A stretch of DNA of 64,000 bases from Octopus sinensis (taxonomy: Eukaryota): the NCBI RefSeq assembly GCF_006345805.1, contig NC_043005.1, positions 65,720,001-65,784,000 of the forward strand, given 5' to 3'. Below the pieces are notes generated by a model that was not told where the DNA came from, did not search any database, and saw nothing but the letters and a program-made list of their open reading frames with translations. A program made the translations under genes and the position numbers. This document shows positions 39,121 through 51,829 of this stretch, piece after piece; positions within the stretch are counted from its first letter, which is position 1; each line of letters begins with the position of its first letter.

Positions 39121-40188
39121 AAAAATAAATATGCACATACACTATCATCATTGTTGTTTAACATCTGTCTTCTATGCTGGCAAGGGTTTGACAGTTCGAC
39201 AGGATCTGATGAGGCAGAACACTGTCTTTGTTGGTATGGTCCCTATGGCTGAATGACCAGAACCAACCTCTTTACAGAATGTACTGACTCCAGTACTAAC
39301 ATGGTGTCTTTGACCAAGGCCAGTGTAGATCAGAACAAAGTTAGTGTATCAGAATGAGGCTAGTGTATCAAAGCGAGGCTAGCTACATCATCGATATATT
39401 CATCTATTGTGCAGGATGACCTCTGGTCACATATTACTATGCCTAAGTTATGTAGTTCTGCCACATGGTCACCAAATAACTCACAAGACCAGAAACCCCT
39501 TGACTAAGTAAGGGTATAGTATTGAGGGTGACGGTTTTATACCACGTGTTGAGATGTTAGAGCATGATAGAGGGACAGGATTAGGTGTTTTGCTGCAGAG
39601 GGGATATATGGCCACCTCAGCTGGAAAGAAAAAATGGTGGTGGTGATGGGGTTTCAAAGCATATCCTCAAGATACAGGAAGGAAGGTGACTATAAGGGAG
39701 AATAAGAACATAGAATTGGATGGGGGGGGTAAGAGAAACGAAAGATGGTTAGAGATGGGAACTGGGGTGAATGCAGTGAGTTTTGGGCATGGGTGAAGGG
39801 GTAGTCAATGGTGGATATCAGGTGGGAAGGGATCAGTGAAGGAAATTGGAATGGGTCAGAACGAAGGAGGTGAAAGGTGACAATACAAAAAATGTGGGTG
39901 AGGAACAATATACTGAAACCATGTATAGATGAGAAATATATTTCTTTACTACCCACAAGGGGCTAAACACAGAGAGGACAAACAAGGACAGACAAACGGA
40001 TTAAGTCGATTATATCGATCCCAGTGCGTAACTGGTACTTAATTTATCGACCCCGAAAGGATGAAAGGCAAAGTCGACCTCGGACCGTATAAATGGCATA
40101 TATGAAGTTCAAAGGCTCAATACAGAGAATAAAAAATAGCCTGTCTTATACAGAGTTTCAAGAAAATTTTTCAGAAATATTTGCTTAC

Positions 40189-40390
40189 CCTTTTCAGAGA
40201 GACGTGCTTTACTTGCGGAGAGTAAAGAATCCCTACAACCATCAGGTCCTGCAGTATATGGACAACCTACAGCTGTTAATGGAGAGAGCTGCTTTCTGTT
40301 TTCTTTATAAAACGTTCTTTCTTTTTGTAGCCTCATGCTGTCAATTTTATCGTGGTGTTTTGTTTGCCAAAAATTTTTCTCAACAATCAT
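40189..40390 (-). CDS. MAPK15: MAPK15 exon following the kinase domain (phase 0/1)
   Basis: Acceptor cattgtttAG|ATG ATT GTT GAG, donor G|GTAAGC, 202 nt: MIVEKNFWQTKHH...ARLSEK. Confidence 0.85.
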
Positions 40391-40955
40391 CTAAACAATG
40401 AAATAGAAATAAAATTAAATCATGAGTGATAGGGATGTTAATAGGTGCAGGCATGGCTGTGTGGTAAGAAGCTTGCTTCCCAACCACATGGTTCCAGGTT
40501 CAGATCCACTGTGTGGTACCTTAGGCAAGTGTCTTAAACTATAGCCTCATGTTGACCAAAGCCTTGTGAATGGATTTGGCAGACAGAAACTGAAAAAAGC
40601 CCATCATATATATACATGTATACATTTATATATATTATGTATATATCTATGTGCATGCGTCTTTGTGTCTGTGTTTGTCCCCTCCATCACTGCTTGACAA
40701 CCAGTGTTGGTGTGTTTGTGTCCTCATAACTTAGCGGTTCAGCAAAAGAGATTGATAGAATAAGTACCGCTTCTTAAAAAAGAAGTACTGGGGTTGATCC
40801 ATTTGACTAAAAATTCAAGGTGGTCGCAAGTTACAGGAACATAAACCTTCTTCCGTGAAAAGATAGCTTAAACTGTGCTCTAAATGGAGGTGTAGTCAAA
40901 TCCTATTTTATGGACTCAACCATGTTCTAAAATAAGTTGAAAGGTAAGCTACTAT

Positions 40956-41189
40956 TTAAGGCGGCGAGCTGGCAGAAATGTTAGCACGCCGGACGAAATG
41001 CTTAGCGGTATTTCATCTGCCGTTACGTTCTGAGTTCAAATTCCGCCGAGGTCGACTTTGCCTTTCATCCTTTCGGGGTCGATAAATTAAGTACCAGTTA
41101 CGCACTGGGGTCGATGTAATCGACTTAATACCTATGTCTGTCCCTGTTTGTCCCCTCTGTGTTTAGCCCCTTGTGGGTAATAAAGAAAT
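40956..41189 (+). mobile_element. tRNA-headed SINE (GGCGAGCTGGCAGAA family) with 14-bp TSD, inserted in a mariner-MITE end. Other copies at about 10125-10340, 26738-26975, 44725-45350, 47905-48122 (-) and 49990-50220
   Basis: TSD AGGTAAGCTACTAT at 40942-40955 and 41190-41203. The body is GAGGTCGACTTTGCCTTTCATCCTTTCGGGGTCGATAAA. Confidence 0.9.
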
Positions 41190-42465
41190 AGGTAAGCTAC
41201 TATAAATCGGCACGAACTTTCCGGACAACCCAATATATTAAACATAAAGGAAAAGGTTAGGCCTTCTTGTAATTTGTGGAGTTTTAAAGATTTTTTTTCA
41301 GCAAGAAGTAATAGATCATGAAGTGAGTACTTGCTGGAGAGTATTAAGTGTAGGATATACGTTTTCTTTAATATGATTAAATTGGCCAAATCATCAGCAT
41401 GTCGGACAAAATATTTACCAGCATTTTCTCCATCTTTACATTCATCACCATCATCATTTAACATCCATTTTCCATGCTGACATGGATTGAACAGTCTGAG
41501 AGGAGGTGGCCAGCTGAAGACCCACCCAGGTTCCATATGTCTGTTTTGGCATGGTTTCTATGGTTGGATGCCCTTCCTAACGCCAACCACTTTACAGAGT
41601 GTAGTGGGTGTTTTCCTGCATCACTGGCACAGGTGGATTTATGTGGCACCAGTACAGGTGCTTTTTGTGTGACACTGGCACCTACAAGTCCACAAGATTA
41701 GGAATGCTCAGCTGGAGAGAGATGCAGGAGACAAGCCCGTATGCAAGGACAAGCATGATTTTACTTAACTTGATGTGTCTTTTCAGGCACAGCAAGCTGC
41801 CAGGAATCTCGGTTCCCTTGTCATCCCCTCTGTGAGTCCCAACGTCTGTAGATCCTTTCTGAGTTCTAATTCCATCAAGATCAACTTTGCCTTTCTTCCT
41901 TTCAGGGGTGTCGATAAAATAAGTATCAGTTGAGTGCAAAGGTCAATGTAATCAACTTAGCCCTTCTTCTGAAATTGCTGGCCTTGTGCCAAAAATTTGA
42001 AATCAAATTCGATGACTGGCATCCGTGCTAGTGGAGCGCTAAGAGGACCATACGAGCATGATCGTTGCCAGAGCAACTAACTGGCTTCCATGCTGGTGGC
42101 ACATAAAAAGCACCATTCGAGCGTGATCAATACCAGTGTCGCCTTACTGGCACTTGTGGTGGTGGCACGTGAAAAAGCATTCGAGCGAGGTCATTGCCAG
42201 TGCCATTTGACTGGCTCCTGTGCAGGTGGCACATAAAAAGCACCATTTGAGCATGGCCATTGCCAGTACCGCCTGACTGGCCCTCGTGCCAGCAGCACAT
42301 AAAAGTACCCACTACACTCTCGGAGTGGTTGGCATTAGAAAGGGCATCCAGCTGTAGAAACTCTGCCAGATCAGATTGGAGTCTGGTGCAGCCATCTGGT
42401 TCGTCAGTCCTCAGTCAAATCATCCAACCCATGCTAGCATAGAAAGCAGACGTTAAACAATGATA

Positions 42466-42518
<53 letters not shown>

Positions 42519-42700
42519 GATGATGATGATTAGTTGTTAAATTAGAAGAGAAATTTCTATTAACAGAATCTGGTAGTCAGAACAGTGGACAAAACAGGAA
42601 ATTTCAGGGTGGTAAGTAAAGGAGATAGGTGATAACTGCACATACATACCAAAAAGGAAAAAAGGCATGAAATACAAATGAAATAATGCTTAACAATTAC

Positions 42701-42806
42701 CTCATATAACTTCTTTTTGTAATCTTCAACGGAGAGCTGGATTTCATCACTGAAGCAAGTTACAATGTCACTATCAAAACTAATCTCTTCTAGAGGTTTC
42801 CGGAAC
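42701..42806 (-). CDS. MAPK15: MAPK15 exon, end of kinase domain / CD region (phase 2/0)
   Basis: Acceptor tgtgctAG, donor GTAATT, 106 nt: (R)FRKPLEEISFDSDIVTCFSDEIQLSVEDYKKKLYE. Confidence 0.92.
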
Positions 42807-42889
42807 CTAGCACACAAGGAAAAAATTTTTAAATTAAGCATATCTTTATATGTGCTAACATAAATGAATTCAGTAGGCATAACAATATA

Positions 42890-44182
42890 CGAGGGGCGTT
42901 CAATAAGTAATGCCCCTGACCCACTTCCCAGAGCAGTAGAGCAACGAAACTTGGCACAGGTATTAGTCTTTTTCAGCATAGGAACAATCCATAGTTACGC
43001 ATTTCTCCCATCATTTGATGCAGCTCTGGAGACCGTTTTCGTAGAAGTCCCCCAGCTTAGTCCTCCAACCACGACGTGACTTCAGAAATCAAGGCTGCAT
43101 CATCTGGGAAACGCTTTCCTTTCAAAAACAACTTCATGGCTGGGAAGGGGTGAAAATCAGAAGGTGCAAGGTCAGGAGATTAGGGAGATGGGGGAAGAGT
43201 TCATAGCCGCACGCCTGTGCTTCTGATCTGGCGACACGCGAGTTGTGGACCGGAGCGTTGTCCTGCAGGAGGAGGATGCCTTTGCTGATCTTGCCCGGCC
43301 TCTTGGTTTTGATAGCTTCTCTTACTTTCCTCAAAAATGAAGCATGATAGGCTCCTGTAATCGTGGTACCCTTTGCCAGGAAATCTGTCATCACTACTCC
43401 GTCCTGGTCCCAGAAGACTGTGAGCATGACCTTGCCAGCGGAGGGCTGCACCCTTGCCTCCTTTGGAGGAGGTGAGTCATGGTGCTTCCACTGCATTGAC
43501 TGGGCTTTGGTCTCTGGATCATAGTGATGGACCCTGGTCTCATCCTGTGTAATCAGTCTTTTGAAAAATTTTGACTCATCTTCTTGGCACATCCCTAAAT
43601 TCATCCTCGAGCACTCGACGCGTTTTTGCTTCTGGAAAAGTGTGAGCAACCTGGGAATCCATCTGGCAGACACCTTTTGCATATGCAAATGGTCATGAAT
43701 GATAGTTTCCACAGACCCGGTACTAATCTTGACCTCATGGGCTATTTGGCGAATAGTTATGCGTCGATCTTCCAAAATGGCAGCCTCAACTTGACGGACA
43801 GATGCCTCATCAATGGCAGAAGGGGTGCGACCAGATCTGGGAGCTGTTTCCACAGAGTTCCAACCATGTTTGAATTCACGATGCCAGCGTTTTACAAGGT
43901 CATATGATGGGGCATCATCACCATAAGTTACTTTCATTTCATCAAAAGTCTCCTGTGGTGTGCGTCATTTCAAATACAAAAACCGGATCACTGCTCGACA
44001 CTCAACAGGCTCCATTTCCCACTTGACTCATTTCAAACACATGTAAATCACAAACCACAATTAGTTCGGAGCTGTAATTTGCCACTTAATCTATAGAGAT
44101 ATAAATAATTGCACATGCAAAATTTCAGCTAGATCAAACAACGGCAAGTGGGTCAGAGGCATTACTTATTGAACGTCCCTCG
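42890..44182 (-). mobile_element. Full-length mariner transposon (1293 bp), transposase inactivated
   Basis: TIRs CGAGGG(G/A)CGTTCAATAAGTAATGCC(C/T)CTGACCCACTT with TA TSDs at 42888-89 and 44183-84. ATG at about 44015; in-frame TGA at 43965-67; TQDETRV and LLQDNAPVH motifs; a frameshift just before SPDLAPSD and a later TAA. Confidence 0.96.
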
Positions 44183-45748
44183 TATGTAAGCACATTCACA
44201 CATAAACATATACATACACACTGTGGAAGCACTCCGTCGGTTACGACAACGAGGGTTCCGGTTGATCCGAATCAACGGAACAGCTTGCTTGTGAAATTAA
44301 CGTGCAAGTGGCTGAGCACTCCACAGACACGTGAACCCTTAACGTAGTTCTCGGGGATATTCAGCGTGACACAGAGAGTGACAAGGCCGGCCCTTTGAAG
44401 TACAGGTACAACAGAAACAGGAATCAAGAGTGAGAGAAAGTTGTGGTGAAAGAGTACAGCAGGGATCACCCCCACCCCCTGCCGGAGCCTCGTGGAGCTT
44501 TTAGGTGCTTTCATTCAATAAACACTCACAACGCCCAGTCTGGGAATCGAAACCGCGATCCTATGAACACGAGTACGCTGCCCTAACCACTGGGCCATTG
44601 TGCCTCCACACATACACACAGGCATGCATACACACACACACACACTCACACACACACACATGCATGCATTCACACATACACACACACATAGAATAATCAT
44701 CATCATCATCATTATTATTTGGAAGGCAGTGAGCTGGCAGAATCATTAGTGCACTGGATGAAATATTTAGCTGGCAGAAACGTTAGCACGCCGGGCGAAA
44801 TGCTTAGCGGTATTTCGTCTGCCGTTACGTTCTGAGTTCAAATTCCGCCGAGGTCGACTTTGCCTTTCATCCTTTCGGGGTCAATAAATTAAGTACCAGT
44901 TACACACTGAGGTTGATATAATCGACTTAATCCGTTTGTTTGTCCTTGTTTGTCCCCTCTGTGTTTAGCCCCTTGTGGGTAGTAAAGAAATAGGTATTTC
45001 GTCTGCCGTTACGTTCTCAGTTCAAATTCCGCCGAGGTCGACTTTGCCTTTCATCCTTTCGGGGTCAATAAATTAAGTACCAGTTACACACTGAGGTTGA
45101 TATAATCGACTTAATCCGTTTGTTTGTCCTTGTTTGTCCCCTCTGTGTTTAGCCCCTTGTGGGTAGTAAAGAAATAGGTATTTTGCCCATTGTTATGTAC
45201 TGAGTTCAAATTCCACCAAGGTTAACTTTACCTTTCATCCTTTCAGGGTCGATATAAAATAAGTACCATTTGAACCCTGGGGTTAATGCAATTGACTCAT
45301 CTCCTCCTCCCCAAAAAATTGCTGCCTTTGTGGCAAAATTTAAAACCATCATTATTATTATTACTTAACATCCACTTTTCTATGCTTGCATGGGTCAAAA
45401 TTTTTCAATGCAAACTATATCATTTGTAGATGCATTGGTGGTAAACACATGTGGCATCTTACTTTTATTGATTATGTAGGATGAGGCTGGTTTGCAAGCT
45501 ATGGAAACTGATGAGGTACATGAACTTGGAAGAATGATGGTGCAAAGCATATTTTGTAATAAGCAAGTTGTTGATGTTATAACTATGACCAAGGAGTGGC
45601 CGTGTGGTAAGTAGTTTGCTTACCAACCACATGGTTCCGGGTTCAGTCCCACTGCGTAGCACCTTGGGTAAGTGTCTTCTACCATAGCCTCGGGCCGACC
45701 AAAGCCTTGTGAGTGGATTTGGTAGACGGAAACTGAAAGAAGCCTGTC

Positions 45749-45800
<52 letters not shown>

Positions 45801-45809
45801 CTATGTTTG

Positions 45810-45830
<21 letters not shown>

Positions 45831-45842
<12 letters not shown>

Positions 45843-47168
45843 CTATGTTTGTGTGTCTGTGTTTGTCTCCCCCAACATCGCTTGACAACAATAAGAGACC
45901 AATAAAATAAGTACTAGGCTTACAAAGAATAAGTCCTGGGGTCGATTTGCTCGACTAAAGGCAGTGCTCCGGCATGGCCGTAGTCAAATGACTGAAACAA
46001 GTAAAAGAGTAAGGGAAATAAAACCACCACCACCACCTCCGCCGCCATCGCTTTTGTTACCAAGTGAGGTAATAGCTCTCTAAGCATTCACCAGCCTATT
46101 CTTATTCCAGTGACTATACTTTCAGAACATTTCTTCCACTGCTTATCATGTCTGGCGGTTTGTTAATTCCATAATTACTTCTATCAAAGGCATTTCCTTT
46201 AACCTTGTAGTAATTGAGAATAATGCTACTATGTGAATCGATAGGTATGTTCCCTTTCTGTACAATTTGATTAATTATACAGGTGACTAAGCCATATCCT
46301 ATTCCACAACGTATTTTAAGCATCTCGTTTAAATTCCTGGTGGGCCAGGGGCTTTCCCTGCTTTCATATCCTTAATTATTTTACATCTATCATACAACTG
46401 TCAACTACAATAGCTGGTCCCTATGTTGGGTCAACATTGAGAAGACTCTCTTTCTCTCATGTATTCTCCATATTTAGTAGCCTTTCTTGGTAACACTATG
46501 TGTGTGTGTGTCTATGTTTGTGTGTCTGTGTTTGTCTCCCCCAACATCGCTTGACAACAATAAGAGACCAATAAAATAAGTACTAGGCTTACAAAGAATA
46601 AGTCCTGGGGTCGATTTGCTCGACTAAAGGCAGTGCTCCGGCATGGCCGTAGTCAAATGACTGAAACAAGTAAAAGAGTAAGGGAAATAAAACCACCACC
46701 ACCACCTCCGCCGCCATCGCTTTTGTTACCAAGTGAGGTAATAGCTCTCTAAGCATTCACCAGCCTATTCTTATTCCAGTGACTAAACTTTCAGAACATT
46801 TCTTCCACTGCTTATCATGTCTGGCGGTTTGTTAATTCCATAATTACTTCTATCAAAGGCATTTCCTTTAACCTTGTAGTAATTGAGAATAATGCTACTA
46901 TGTGAATCGATAGGTATGTTCCCTTTCTGTACAATTTGATTAATTATACAGGTGACTAAGCCATATCCTATTCCACAACGTATTTTAAGCATCTCGTTTA
47001 AATTCCTGGTGGGCCAGGGGCTTTCCCTGCTTTCATATCCTTAATTATTTTACATCTATCATACAACTGTCAACTACAATAGCTGGTCCCTATGTTGGGT
47101 CAACATTGAGAAGACTCTCTTTCTCTCATGTATTCTCCATATTTAGTAGCCTTTCTTGGTAACACTAT
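45831..47168. repeat. 669-bp direct tandem duplication, near identical
   Basis: Identical track ORFs at 46114-46323 and 46783-46992 (offset 669). The junctions fall in (TG)n. The unit contains a SINE 3' half and an RTE RT fragment. Confidence 0.97.
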
Positions 47169-47237
47169 GTGTGTGTGTGTGTGTGTGTGCACATGTGTAT
47201 ACACACATATTATACACACACACTATAAGATGTCTAA

Positions 47238-47585
47238 TCTCTCTATATATATAAAGCTGAAGTTGTCTGTGTATGGCAGTTTTGGTAGCCTTCAACTAAC
47301 ACTATCTCCTCCGAGAACCTGCACACGCAAGTTGACCAAAATTGAGAGTTTGATAGAAGAAGGCTTGCTCTTCCTTCCGTAGAAGAAAAAAATTCAAATC
47401 GAACCATGTTAACGCCAAAAATTATTTACATCAAAAAGGTGCTTTTTTTCTATGAAAATCCCTATTTTTAACGATTATTCACTTAAAGAGAATAACAAGC
47501 TACATAATGCAAAATTTTTATTTTTCAAAAATTCCAATTCTAAAGGATCGAAACAAACCCAAGCAACGCCAGACGATACCGCTAG
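47238..47585 (+). mobile_element. Non-autonomous Helitron (subfamily B)
   Basis: A|TC start and ...CAACGCCAGACGATACCGCTAG|T end; homologous to 14988-15369. Confidence 0.8.
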
Positions 47586-48999
47586 TTCAAAATAAATACA
47601 TTTCATATTTAATCTAGATCTGTGTGCTACCAGTTCCATGATTCAACCTTTTAACAGAATGTCATAAAGCTGAATATTTATCATCAGATTGGTCTGAAAC
47701 CGTGAATTTATTTTTAAAAATCAAGCATATCACCAAGAAACTATTCCCTCCTTCACTAGAAACAATTCATATATGTAGATAGAACACTTTTTGTGCTAAT
47801 AAAAGAAATGAACTATAAAATATATGCATACCTTGCTGAAGGGACAGAACTCTACGGTTGTAGAGTTATCTCCTTTGGCTTGTCTTAAAATATATATATT
47901 TCTTTATTGCCCACAAGGGGCTAAACATAGAGGAGACAAACAAGGACAAAGGGATTAAGTCGATTACATCGACCCCAGTGCAAAACTGGTACTTTATTTA
48001 TCGACCCCGAAAGGATGAAAGGCAAAGTTGACCTCGGCGGAATTTGAACTCAGAACGTAACGACAGACGAAATAGCGCTAAGCATTTCGCCCGGCGCGCT
48101 AACGTGTCTGCCAGCTCGCCGCCAGATGTATGTGTTCCCCAGCTGGACGGGACGCCAGTCCATCGTAGTGTTACTCATTTTTGCCAGCTGAGTGGACTGG
48201 AGCAACGTGAAATGAAGTGTTTTGCTCAAGAACACAACGCGTAGCCCGGTCTAAGAATCGAAACCACAATCTTACGAGCATGATGCTGACACCCTAACCA
48301 CTAAGCCACGCGCCTCCACTATTGTCTTAAAATGTATACATCCATTTGCACATACACATATGCCCACATATTCAAATATATATATATATATATATACTGG
48401 TTTCAAATTTTGGCAACAAAGCCAGCAGTCTCAGGGGTGGGGTAAGTCGATTATATCAACCCTCAGTATTCAACTGGTATTTATTTTATCGACCTCTAAA
48501 GGACGAAAGGCAAAGTCAACCCCAGCAGCATTTGAACTCAAAACGTAAAGATAGAGCTGCGCCAAGTTCTAGTCTGAATTGGCTTGGTTTCTATGGCTGG
48601 ATGCCCTTCCTAATGCCAACCACTTTACAGAGTGTGCTGGGTGCTTTTAATGTGGAACTGCATGAGTGCTTCTACATGGCACCAGCACAAGTGCCTTTTA
48701 AGTGACACTGGCACAGGGCTCTTGCAATGACCTTAACACTTCTGCTGTGGAGGATGGGTCTTCTTGTGCACAATAAGGGGCCAGGTATCTCAGCCCTTTG
48801 TCATCCAGAGGTCAGCATTCAGTACGTCATCTCTAGTTTACATGGGTTTCCCTCTTCCTTGTGTTCCATCAACTTTGAGAGACTGATACTTCATTATGGA
48901 GCTGTCAGCATCCATCTGCATCACATGACCAAACCAGCGCAGCCAAAAAGCTTTCTTTAATAAATTTTAATTACATGTTTTAATGGTTTTCTTTCTTTC

Positions 49000-49046
<47 letters not shown>

Positions 49047-49107
49047 ATCATTTTTCAAGCTAAGTTGTGTTTTGGGGCCAATTATCAACATAAGTTCAGG
49101 TACGTTT

Positions 49108-49408
49108 GGGATCTTTTCACTTTGACCGGCAGATTTTAAAAATCATTTCTTTGTAACTAAACACTTTTAAACTTCGTATGCTGGTAGAATGTTACATAAA
49201 ACATCTTTTTCTCTTGGCTTTCTTGAGAAAATTTGCTGAAAAGCAAGAAATTTAACAACAAATTAGCTTACAAACTACAGAATTTTCTCAAGAAAGCCAA
49301 GAGAAAAAGACGTTTTGTGTAACACATTCTACCAGTGTACGAAATTTAAAAGTGTTTAGTTACAAAGAAATGATTTTTTAAATCTGCTGGTCAAAGTGAA
49401 AAGATCCC
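49108..49408. mobile_element. Foldback MITE, ~125-bp TIRs, short spacer
   Basis: GGGATCTTTTCACTTTGACC... / ...GGTCAAAGTGAAAAGATCCC. Confidence 0.88.
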
Positions 49409-50609
49409 TTTTGTATTCTCTTTCTATGTTATTTTCATAACAGCAAAGGTGTTTTCTGTTCCTTTCAGATATTCTGCTCTGAACATTCATTTTAACCAGT
49501 TTTAACCCTATGCAGATTTAATCCTGCTTTGGTTATTGCATTGAGGTAATGAAATATTGGAATTCAACATTATTTTAAAGAAATGAGCTCTTAAATTCCA
49601 CGGATATACTTTTCCGGTGCTTAAGTACCCATTCAAAGACGCACGCGCATGCGCATGCATGCATACACACACAGACATGTCCATTTTTATATTTTTTTTA
49701 TTTAAACACTCACACTTCAATAGTTTTGACTAAATGTTTTAAAAAGTGTGATATCTTATTTTTCTTCGTATTATTTACGCATCCAGAATAGTATAGAATA
49801 TAGGAATTGCAGAACTCCACTAAGCCACATCGAAATACAATTAAAAGAAAACACCAAATTTGTAGGGATTACAAAGAAATTTTGGAATTAAAGTGTCAAA
49901 AATCAAACTAAAGAAGAAATTATGATTAAATAAGTCCTTCATGCTAATAACGATACAAGGGAGGCAACTCATCTCATACATAAAAATCAAATATTTTACT
50001 GTCAGTCGAGCTGGTAGAACCGTTAGCACACGGAGCAAATTGCCTAGCGACGTTTCGTCCGTTTTTACGTTCTGGTTTCAAATGCCGCCGGGGTTGACTT
50101 TGTCTTTCGTCCTTGCGGGGGTCGACAAAATAAGTACTAGTTGAACACTAGAATTGATGTAATCGACTTATTCTCTCTCCTCTCTCCCAAAATCGCTGGT
50201 CTTTGTACTAAAATTTGAAACTGATATTTTCCAGAAACTGTCAGACAGATCCAAAATGAAATAAATAGGAAAATATCTATTAATTATATTGGGGTTACCC
50301 AATGGTGGCATGTTGTAGTGATGGGGGTGGTGGGTTGAAATAATTTGAAAATGATAAAAAATACGTTCCTGTCCCCCAAATTTGAAAATTAAATATACTC
50401 TTTACTCTTTTACTTGTTTCAGTCATTTGACTGCGGCCATGCTGGAGCACCACCTTTAGTCGAGCAAATCGACCCCAGGACTTATTCTTTATAAGCCTAG
50501 TACTTCTGAAAGTACTCTTTTGCCGAACCGCTAAGTTACGGGGACATAAACACACCAGCATCGGTTGTCAAGCAATGCTGGGGAGACAAACACAGGCACA
50601 CAAACATAT

Positions 50610-50646
<37 letters not shown>

Positions 50647-51829
50647 TACGACAGGCTTCTTTCAGTTTCCGTCTACCAAATCCACTCACAAGGCTTTGGT
50701 CGGCCTGAGGCTATAGCAGAAGACACTTGCCCAAGGTGCCACACAGTGGGACTGAACCCAGAACCATGTGGTTCATAAGCAAGCTACTTACCACACACTG
50801 GTCCAGGAATCGAAACCACAATCTTACGATCATGAATCCAACGCCCTAACCACTTAGCCATGTGCCTCCACAGTCTACACTCTCTACTAGTCCAGCAAAC
50901 CACAAGCCAAAAGACATCTTTCCAATATCAGCTTCATAGTCAGAAATTCCATTACCTCCAAGCCAGTAAACCTTCCAACAAGTCACTCTGACTGCATCAT
51001 CTCTAAGCACCTTCCCATCTAAAAGAAGCAACATGCCACTCCCTTCAGTGTGTCTACCCCCAACTCTCCTGAAGTCACCATGATAGAGGAGCACCAAAGA
51101 AGAGGTACAAGGACTTCCTAAAGAAATCCCCTGGGTGCCTATCACACTAATCCCCACCTGAGGTCTGCTCTTGTTGCTGACCATGAAGCCTGATGTCCCA
51201 CTATCCGCTGAGCAATAGACTCCTCTGAAGACATCCACAGGACCATAGCTGCAGCTAAGAGGAAAAACAAGGTCGCTACAACAAACCCTGATCACCTACT
51301 TTCCCATGCAGCTTCTACAGTCATGCAGAATTGAACTTGTTGGGCATCAACAAGTGTGCAACAGACGTGATGCCAAGCCAAGAGATAAATGAAGTAATAA
51401 TAATTTCTAACATAGGCGTGAGGCCTAATTGGCTGAGGATAAGGTAGTAGAAGCCTATATGAGAATAACAGTAACAGCTGTATCAACTGCATGTGAAGGC
51501 ACTGTCTGGCAGTTTTCTCCTGCCAGTGGTACAGTAGAGAAGGAGGTGAATTTATGCTACAAGATAAGAGGTGAAAATATGAGAACAAAACTTGCTATAG
51601 AGGAGATATATGGCTTTTCATGTTATAGAAGAGAGGGTGGAATCGGAAAGAGAGGTAAAATAGTGATGATGGGGTGTCATCCTGAAGATACAAGATGAGT
51701 AAATGTGAGTGAGGACAAAAGAAGGTAATGTGGATGGGTAGAGACTGCAAGAGCAAATAGGAAAAGTAAGGGATGCTTAGAGATGGGAATAAGAAAGAGG
51801 GTGAAAATAATGAATAAAGAACAAGTAAT

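Noticed and set aside
39205-39235. CTGATGA-GGCAG-AACA-CTGTC hammerhead-like start
   Set aside because: It is followed by TTTG rather than GAAA and lies in a diverged SINE copy.
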